From assembly GCA_020184695.1 (NCBI GenBank), contig JAANOX010000080.1, forward strand, positions 62,001 to 126,000: a DNA stretch of 64,000 nt, written 5' to 3'. Source of the DNA: Histomonas meleagridis 2922-C6/04-290x. Taxonomy: Eukaryota; Protista; Parabasalia. How positions within the stretch are numbered: position 1 is the stretch's first letter; every line of letters begins with the position of its first letter. Under the pieces are notes generated by a model. It was not told the DNA's origin and did not search any database. It saw only the letters and a list, made by a program, of their open reading frames with translations. Positions 55,118 through 64,000 of this stretch are shown piece by piece. The position numbers and the translations under genes are program-made.

Positions 55118-56856
55118 ATGACTGCAATCTTTCATATCCTGCATAATATATATCATATTAATGAAAGTTTTCGATGTAATTTATCAATGAATTACAGCAA
55201 TAATATTCTTAAAAATCTACCAAAGATATTTTATACATTAATTACTTCTATATATTCAAATATAACTTTGTTCGCATTTATATTTTTTGTTTCTACTTTC
55301 TTTTCCAAAATTTATTTTAATCAGAAAAACATTCATCAAAAAAACGAAGTTATTCCGATTTTAATGATTATATTTTTTGTTAATACAAAGCAATCATATG
55401 ACGAAGAGACAAAAACACTCACAATATCTGATTCCAATGATTTTTCAAATGATTATATGAATGATACAGAACATGTTATAATTATTGATGTTGACGAGCT
55501 TGAAAGTGATGCATTCAGAGAATGGCCTTTATTAACAACAGTAATAATTGGAGAAACAGTTGGAAATATAAATAGTGGAGCATTTGCATCATGTAAACAA
55601 TTAAAAATATGTCCAATTTCCAGATAAATTAATGAGTGGAATTGGAGGAAGTGCATTTGCAGAATGTATTTCATTAAATAATATTACAATTCGTTGTAAT
55701 ACCATTGGTGGTAATGCATTTTATAAATGTACAGGACTTGAAACGATAACATTATATGAAGGCGTACGAAGTATTGGCTCAGATGCATTCAGAGGATGTA
55801 TAAACCTTGTGAATATTTATATACCAAGTTCTGTTACTTCGATTGGGAATCCATTTTTAGAATGTACAAATCTTCAATTTATTAATGTTTCAGAAGAAAA
55901 TATTGGATATTCGAATTATGAAAATGATGGGGTTTTATATAATAAAGAAATTACATATATTATTAATTATCCGAATATGAAAAAGTAAAACATTTACAAT
56001 TCCGAATTTAGTCATTGCTATTATGAATTATACATTTGCTTGTTGTAATAATATAGAAAGAATTTTTATTGGTGAAAATGTTCAATATATTAATTCATGT
56101 GCATTTACTAATTGTACATCACTTCAATGTATTCATTTTAATGGAGAAATTTCACCAGAAATACAAAATGATGCATTTGTTAATATCAATGCGACAAGAG
56201 TTATGACAATAGCAACATATCAAAATGAAACATTTGGAAATATGGATATTACTAAGGGAACAACACTTGACGATTGTCTCCCGCCAACACGCACATTCAC
56301 ATACACACAAAGTGATACATTCACTAACTCAAATACATTTACTGAATCGGATTCACTAACTTCATCACTTGCTTATTCATCTGATGTAACTTTAACTTTA
56401 ACACATTCGTTCACTTTAACTCAGTCATTATCTATTACACTTTCGATTACATTTTATAGTAAATACATAAATACAATTTCATTGTTAACATTTGAATCCA
56501 CTTATAGTTATATATCGACAAATGTCATTTGTTACGATTACACTGTTATATATTATTCGTCTTATTATAGTTATTATTCTGACATTTATACATTAGTTGT
56601 CACTGATGTTACACCAAAAGATAATTCTATATCAAATGAATTGTTAATTGGTATTATATGCGGCGCTATTGTGATAGTTTTGATAATTGTCGGAATCGTA
56701 ATATTTATGTTGAAGAGAAATAAGAAACAAACAACGAAAACAAAATCGTTGTCAAATGTAAATAATAATACGTCATCGAATACTGGAGGAAATCACGAAG
56801 AAGTGGACAATGAATTTAATAGTTTGATAAAGGAAGATGAGGACCAATGGATTTAA
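55118..56856 (+). CDS. BspA-like (TpLRR) surface protein, two homopolymer frameshifts (A-runs 55603-55607, 55980-55984)
   Basis: IGGSAFAECISL, IGSDAFRGCINL, IPSSVTSIG repeats; TxSxTF stalk; TM; DDQWI-type tail. Each A-run has one extra A relative to the 59590 copy. Confidence 0.85.
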
Positions 56857-58852
56857 TACTGTGATAAATAATCGATATGTAATAAAATTATTTTATGTTT
56901 TTGTTAATCATTACTTATTGTGAAAAGAAATTTGTTTTACATAAAAAGAATCGAAAGCAGCGCTCATTAAACAAATGTAAACGTGAGGTATCAAACAACA
57001 ATAACATTCAGTTTTACAACAATAAAATCTTATCGCATGCGTAATTTATTCAATAAATTTAATATTAAAACAGTTTTAAGCTTTGTAAACATAATTTTTA
57101 TATGCAAAATATTTTTCTGAGAACAACTATGGTGATATACATTATAAGCTATTTCATATTAACTTTACAATTTTAACATGGAATTAAAATACATATTTTC
57201 AATGCAGAATGAGTTATTGTGCTACATTATAATTTTTTAAATTTATTGATAAATTTAAAATATTTCAATATACTTCAAATGGTAAAAGATATGCATATAC
57301 TTTTCTTCAAACAATCATACATATAAAAATTCGAAACTTATGATAACTATATTTATTATATGTTAATAATATCAAAATAATACTAACATTCAGGAAATAT
57401 ATTTATGCCAGATAAGTCAACTATTTCCATATATTAGGCCACAGAATTTAGTAAGTTGGAGAAAAGATATTTTTAATTTATACCCTCAAAAAGGCGGACC
57501 TCTTCTCAAATTAATTCAAGAAATGAATATGATTTTTTTTCTCAAAGAAAATGAATCATTTTATTCTTTGTTAATTTTACTTGTAAGTGAATATGAACAC
57601 ATAAATTCATAATAAATTCGAAATCAAGCTTTCAACTTGTTATTCTCAGAATGAATTTTTGTAAATTATTTTGAGTTAACAAAATATATTACTATCTACT
57701 AATAGGTGAGTTAAAATTTTTTAGTGAAATTAATATATTTTCTGGGATAAAAAGGAAAAATAAATGTTTACAAAACGACCGTTTATTACCAGATGAACAA
57801 CAATAAAATGCAGAATCTCCAATTGTTATTACATTTTCTCCAATGGCAGCTGCTTATAAATGGATTTAAATTTTGTTATTTTTCTTATATTAAATTTGTT
57901 TTCATATCTTTATGCAATGAATTTTTTTAACATACTTTAATTCTACCTAAGTCATCGTATATCGCACCCCCGATGAACTTCCCCTCCTGATTAAGGTTTA
58001 TGACCCTCTTGTGTCAAATTACTTTAAACTTTATGAAATTCTAAGATATTAAATTTATTTCAATGCCATTTTGTACCAAAATAATTTCTCTATCCAACTA
58101 TTTGAAGGCAGGCATTCAAATACAACTTCTACAAAATGATATTAAAATTTTAAAGTATTTGTTTTAAAAAAGTAAATTAATTGTTGTTGCCTTGTTTCTG
58201 TCGATAATGTAAAGGCATGAAACACTGATAAAACTTGGATTAACCTTATTAAAAACTTGGAACAGCTTAAGAATACCAAGGATGATAAGCGTTTGTTAAA
58301 ATATTCAAAAAGCTTATAAATCTAAATGGAAAAATCATTTTTTTTGTTGTTCATTTATCGAGAAAATATATTTGTTTTTTCTTTTTGAATAAATCGATTT
58401 GTTTGGACATATAATTCGCTTCTAAGATACTGCTGGATATAAGAAAGGAGCTGTCATCAAAAAACAATAAGCTATTTTTTTAAAAAAATGTTCATTGTTT
58501 ATGAAGATAATTTCTGTGAAAATATTTTTGAATGAATTAAATTTTAATTTGACTGTAAAAGGCAGTTAGATTTTAAAATAATTGAAATGGCTATATAGAA
58601 AAGTTGAAAATTTTATTTGAAAGCTCAGTATTGAATTATTGTTGTATTGAGTGATTTTGATCGTTTTGAGTGTAAAATTGATATGAAAACAATGATATTT
58701 TGTATCAAGTTAAAAGCGAAAATGAGAAGAGAACATTATCATCTCACTTATCATTGTTTATGACTCGTATCGATTAAATTTTTGAAGACAATTTCAATTT
58801 CAGATGGAAAACAATAGATTTCATACATTTTTGATGAAAATTTGAAGGTTTT

Positions 58853-61062
58853 TTGTTTGAGTTAAAATCAAGAATATATCTTCCAATTCCAATCATCAAA
58901 TTGATGAAAAAATATGAAATATATCTATTAATAACTTTCAGTATTCGTTTTATTGACTTTATTTCCAACACATTTCATGATGAAAATATTTTTCATAAAA
59001 ATATAAAATATATAAATTTTAAAAACAAAAATGAAACAACAAATAAACAGATCCATAACAAATATTCTCATTATCTGTTCAATAATAACAAAAATCATTT
59101 AAATAACAAAATTTTATTTTTCTCATATGAAAAGATTTATAAAATAAGTTATAAATATTATCATTTTTTAAATCACTTATTTACAAATTTATTTGCTATC
59201 TTTAAAAAATGTTTCGAATTAACTTCTTCTTCAAAATTTAAAAATCAATTTGTTTATTCTTTGAAGAAAATTCTATTTTATTTTGATATTTATATAATAA
59301 ATAAAGTCAAAATATTTTATATTTTATTGAAGAATTTCTTTTGTTTCATATTTAAATCAACAATTAACAATTTATATATTATTTCATTTTTAATTATATT
59401 CAATATTCTTTTTCAATTTATTAAATATTTTTATAAAAGTTATTTAATTTATGATAAAAATAAACAAAATTTCAAAATATTTTTGATTTTAATGATTATA
59501 TTTTTTGTTAATACAAAGCAATCATATGACGAAGAGACAAAAAAACACTCACAATATCTGATTCCAATGATTTTTTTCAAAATGATTATATGAATGATAC
59601 AGAACATGTTATAATTATTGATGTTGACGAGCTTGAAAGTGATGCATTCAGAGAATGGCCTTTATTAACAACAGTAATAATTGGAGAAACAGTTGGAAAT
59701 ATAAATAGTGGAGCATTTGCATCATGTAAACAATTAAAATATGTCCAATTTCCAGATAAATTAATGAGTGGAATTGGAGGAAGTGCATTTGCAGAATGTA
59801 TTTCATTAAATAATATTACAATTCGTTGTAATACCATTGGTGGTAATGCATTTTATAAATGTACAGGACTTGAAACGATAACATTATATGAAGGCGTACG
59901 AAGTATTGGCTCAGATGCATTCAGAGGATGTATAAACCTTGTGAATATTTATATACCAAGTTCTGTTACTTCGATTGGGAATCCATTTTTAGAATGTACA
60001 AATCTTCAATTTATTAATGTTTCAGAAGAAAATATTGGATATTCGAATTATGAAAATGATGGGGTTTTATATAATAAAGAAATTACATATATTATTAATT
60101 ATCCGAATATGAAAAGTAAAACATTTACAATTCCGAATTTAGTCATTGCTATTATGAATTATACATTTGCTTGTTGTAATAATATAGAAAGAATTTTTAT
60201 TGGTGAAAATGTTCAATATATTAATTCATGTGCATTTACTAATTGTACATCACTTCAATGTATTCATTTTAATGGAGAAATTTCACCAGAAATACAAAAT
60301 GATGCATTTGTTAATATCAATGCGACAAGAGTTATGACAATAGAAACATATCAAAATGAAACATTTGGAAATATGGATATTACTAAGGGAACAACACTTG
60401 ACGATTGTCTCCCGCCAACACGCACATTCACTAACTCAAATACATTTACAAAATTAAATACATTTACAATTAGTAATACATTTACTAAATCGAATACATT
60501 TACAAAATCAAAAAATAATTTTGATTCAAATACTTATGTTGATACATTTTCAATGAATTTTACTTTCGTTAACACTTATACTTTAACTTATTCTTTATCG
60601 TTTATAAAAACTTTATCAATTTATTATTATACGAACTTAAAATCTTATTCAGTTACTTTCATTGAATCTAAAACTAAATATATTTATGTCGATTTTATAT
60701 ATTATAATTATACAATTATATATTATCCAGAATATTTTACTTATTATTCTAATTTCTTTTATATTTCTTATATCGAAGATGTAATAATAAACAATGATAA
60801 TAATAATGCATTAATTATCATTATAATTGTTATTGTAATTGTAATAATTATTGTATTTATAATGATAATCATAATATTTATGATTAAATATCAAAATAAG
60901 AAGCGAAAACAAAATGAAGAAGAAATGAATATTTTAGATGAAAATAATAATAAAATTAATGAAATAGATAATACATTTTCAGTTGGGATTAATAATTCAA
61001 ATATTGAAGAAGATCCATTTGCAGACGATTTCAAAGAAGAAAAATTTATCAGTCATATATAA
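58853..61062 (+). CDS. BspA-like (TpLRR) surface protein with long AT-rich leader; frameshift in A-run 59539-59545
   Basis: Same LRR cassette as the 55 kb copy; FTNSNTF stalk; TM; EEDPFADDFKEEKFI tail. The upstream 246-codon ORF reaches MIIFFVNTKQSYDEETK in frame. Confidence 0.88.
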
Positions 61063-62223
61063 ATAAACATATTTTAATAACAAAATATTTTAATTTGTTT
61101 ATTAATTTAATAAATACAAACTTTTATGTTATTTATCAAATTTTATGTTTCTTATATTATATGATGAATAGTAAATCCAATTTATCCAAATCATAAACAC
61201 TATAAGTAAATGATAAATTATATTAAAGAATAAATTGGAAATTTAGAGATATTATGGTAAAAATGCATTATTTTTTCAAAAATCAAAAGAAAGTTATTTC
61301 AATTTCAAATAAGTGTTCGTCTTGAGTAGTTCTGCTTTTATCTGTGATAACTTAAGTTTGAACAAAAAGTAAATTATTATGAAAATAACAAATATATCGT
61401 TAATTCATCGTATATAATTAACGCATTTTTTAACATATTTATGAAGTTCAAAATCATTATGTAAAAGTTTATTATAATTTTCTTGTTGTTTTCCTAAAAT
61501 GATGATCGTTCATCAGTCAAACAATGTATAAAATAAAAAGTTTTTTTAGTATAGACCATGGTCAGCTGGATGTATGAAAGCTTACAATTTTAATTCAGCA
61601 TATTATCAATGCATAATGAGCTATTGGATGTTGCTTTATAATTTTTTTAGTTTTTGATATATTTAAAATATTTTAACATATCTGAAAGATTTGCATATAC
61701 CTTGCTTCAAACAATCATAATAATTCTAAACTTTTAAAAACTTTATTATAGTTATGCAATAAAAACATTAAAACATTAATGGCTTATTCATTCTTTTTCA
61801 TATTACTGAAAATACTATTAGAACTATAATTAATATCTCAACAACATGAACATATATGTCAACAGCTATTCCAATAGTGTTATCATCGATTTCAATTTTA
61901 CTTGTATCTAAGTTATCGTGAGACAAAGGAAAATTAGAATTTTTATAATTACTGAATCATAATAAGAAATCTGTGTATCTACATGTGTATATTCATCATT
62001 AATCATAGAAAGTATTATTGTATTTGTAAGTGAAAATGGCCCATTAATGGGTACTATATTAATGTCAAATCAAATTGTAACAATGGCTTGCATGTATTTG
62101 ATCGAGAAAATGCATTTGATTTACTGAATGAATGAAAATGTATTTGATTGTAAGTCGTTAAACTACGCATTTATGCATATGAAAGAACAATTGATTTTAA
62201 ATAAATTTTACTTACACATAAAA

Positions 62224-64000
62224 TTAATATTTATTTTGATATTCATCTTCATTTCTATAAGATTGCACAAGTTGAAATGACTTTAATGTTCTTGATCTCG
62301 TACTTACCACGTCGGACAGCAACTGCAATTCGCTTGGATTCGCTCTACCCGCAGCCACCAGAAACTCGTTAACGAAATCCACGAAAGCGTTTTTCGAAGG
62401 CAACGAATTTTTCATTGTTATAACAATTTTTTTTGAGAATTCATCGTCAGCTATTTTATCTGCGATTGCTCCGAAAATTGCCTCTTCGAAAGGAACCTGT
62501 TTTTTATTCATTTTACATAGCAACGTATACAACAAATCGACGATTCTTTGTATAACTTTTCCATGTAACATATCAAAGAGTGCGCAAAAAATAGCGGAAA
62601 TTATTGCGCATCCATAATTACGTTCAAAGTTATCAACTTTTGGTGTTTGAAGCCAAATGTTTATTAACTCGATAGCTTTTTTACAAATTTTATAATTACA
62701 ACTTTTAATTCCTTCAATTATAGTTGGGAAAACAATGTTTTCCTCATTAGGCATTATCTCAAAGGCAATAAAAAACGAAAAAAAAGCCACACATAAAATG
62801 TTTGGTAATTTCATAATGAAATTACTAATTATTAATTGTCTAAAATTCAAAAACTCTTTATGCGTTGAAGCGATTTTAGAAAACGCTTCGATTAACGATT
62901 CACTTTGATTTGGTATTGTTAACGAAAACTCAACAAATTGATTACATATATTACAACAATTTTCCCATGAACAAATACTTATGAAAATGGAAAATAATGA
63001 ACAAATTGATCCGAAGACTTCGGTCATTTTCGTGCTTTCTAAAATAGGAGGGAATATTGGAAGTATTGTAAGTGCTATAACTTCATTCGATGTCGATGCA
63101 AGTGCTAAAGATGTTTCACATCCAAGTTGTATTATTTCAATTGATTTAGAGCTTAATAAAATTGTTATGTTTTTAATGACTTTTCCTATAAATTGTTTTT
63201 GCGTTTCAATTTCATTTATCGATGAAATTATTTTCGTAAGAATTCGATGTATTCGAATGTAATTCTCTTTACTAAGTATCATTGGATTTGTACAATTTTC
63301 AATAAGAAAATTTACAAACTCTAAACATTCGGTTGCTAAATAATCAGAGATAACACTTGACATATGATTTAATGCTAATAATGATGAAGTCTGTATTGAA
63401 ACATCATTAGAAATATCATTAGAGATAATCATCTTGGATAATAACTCAGTAAATTGTTGTAAATATTGTGGATGTGTTGCTAAAAATTTGCAGTTACGTG
63501 ATAACATAAATAACGATGAATCAATGTCTTGAGAAATATTATTAATCACTATCGGTACAGTCTTTTCTAATATACGATCAAATTCCTCATTACCATTTAA
63601 ACAATTAATGGCACCTAAGGATAAACATAATGATGATGATAATGGTTGTTGATCTAAAAAGTCTAAAAACATCTTCTCATTGATCTTTGTAAAGTATACA
63701 AAAACAGAGGTTTGGAAATATGAAGTAAATCGTGACGAAACTAAGCATTTCGGAAGCATTTCATAAAATGAAAAAAAGACTAAAGGAAGTAATGGTTCAA
63801 CAATTATGAAAATGGCAGAGGTTTTGAACTCGATCCCTTCATAAAATAATTCGAGGATTTTACTCCACATGGACCATATTTCTTCGAAGTACTCATAACG
63901 TGATGAATTGACAAGAGTAAACTCAAAGATTTGACGCATAGCAGGAAGAAATGATGAATCATATGCATAGAGATGAAAGTTGCTCATGGAGACTTTTATT
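62224..64000 (-). CDS. Exportin-1/CRM1-like HEAT protein, probably 5'-partial
   Basis: SLCLSLGAINCL resembles CRM1 TLCWAIGSISG; LFMLSRNCKFLATHPQYL resembles MYIVGQYPRFLRAHWKFL. The frame stays open to the window end. Confidence 0.55.
   Translation of the reverse strand, partial: IKVSMSNFHLYAYDSSFLPAMRQIFEFTLVNSSRYEYFEEIWSMWSKILELFYEGIEFKTSAIFIIVEPLLPLVFFSFYEMLPKCLVSSRFTSYFQTSVFVYFTKINEKMFLDFLDQQPLSSSLCLSLGAINCLNGNEEFDRILEKTVPIVINNISQDIDSSLFMLSRNCKFLATHPQYLQQFTELLSKMIISNDISNDVSIQTSSLLALNHMSSVISDYLATECLEFVNFLIENCTNPMILSKENYIRIHRILTKIISSINEIETQKQFIGKVIKNITILLSSKSIEIIQLGCETSLALASTSNEVIALTILPIFPPILESTKMTEVFGSICSLFSIFISICSWENCCNICNQFVEFSLTIPNQSESLIEAFSKIASTHKEFLNFRQLIISNFIMKLPNILCVAFFSFFIAFEIMPNEENIVFPTIIEGIKSCNYKICKKAIELINIWLQTPKVDNFERNYGCAIISAIFCALFDMLHGKVIQRIVDLLYTLLCKMNKKQVPFEEAIFGAIADKIADDEFSKKIVITMKNSLPSKNAFVDFVNEFLVAAGRANPSELQLLSDVVSTRSRTLKSFQLVQSYRNEDEYQNKY

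Overview
AT-rich, gene-dense eukaryotic DNA from a parabasalid protist, probably Tritrichomonas/trichomonad-like (inferred from an IBD/IBP39-family gene, BspA-like LRR surface proteins, a DUF3447-type ankyrin gene, M3/M5-like core promoters and no canonical introns). The window holds about 35 mostly housekeeping genes (RPS15, RPS16, RPL13, RPL27, RPL37A, eIF4E, a MIF4G/eIF4G-like gene, UTP23, RPAP1, HYPK, a CFAP58-like gene, Rab, Sec7-PH, a WDR7-like gene), two tRNAs (Val-AAC, Thr-AGT), an RPS24 pseudogene, a 483-bp Tc1/mariner deletion derivative with perfect 27-bp TIRs, and three BspA-like copies. The standout is hidden in apparently intergenic AT-rich DNA at 49074-52147 and 40498-41520 (minus strand). 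Two ankyrin-repeat genes have every repeat interrupted at the same codon position (between ...INxKD and TAL...) by a frame-breaking spacer. Of the 24 spacers, 21 are exactly 80 nt, one is 81 nt and two are about 40 nt. The spacers lack GT-AG ends and the trichomonad branch motif but keep a positional consensus (RT at 1-2, TTTC at 42-45, GG at 58-59, TTT at 75-77). The coding blocks between them are stop-free ankyrin repeats, and both genes end in a proper stop. This looks like an unrecognised class of non-canonical intron, or another programmed removal or bypass mechanism, but expression data are needed to prove it. Several small indel frameshifts in short runs elsewhere suggest assembly errors.
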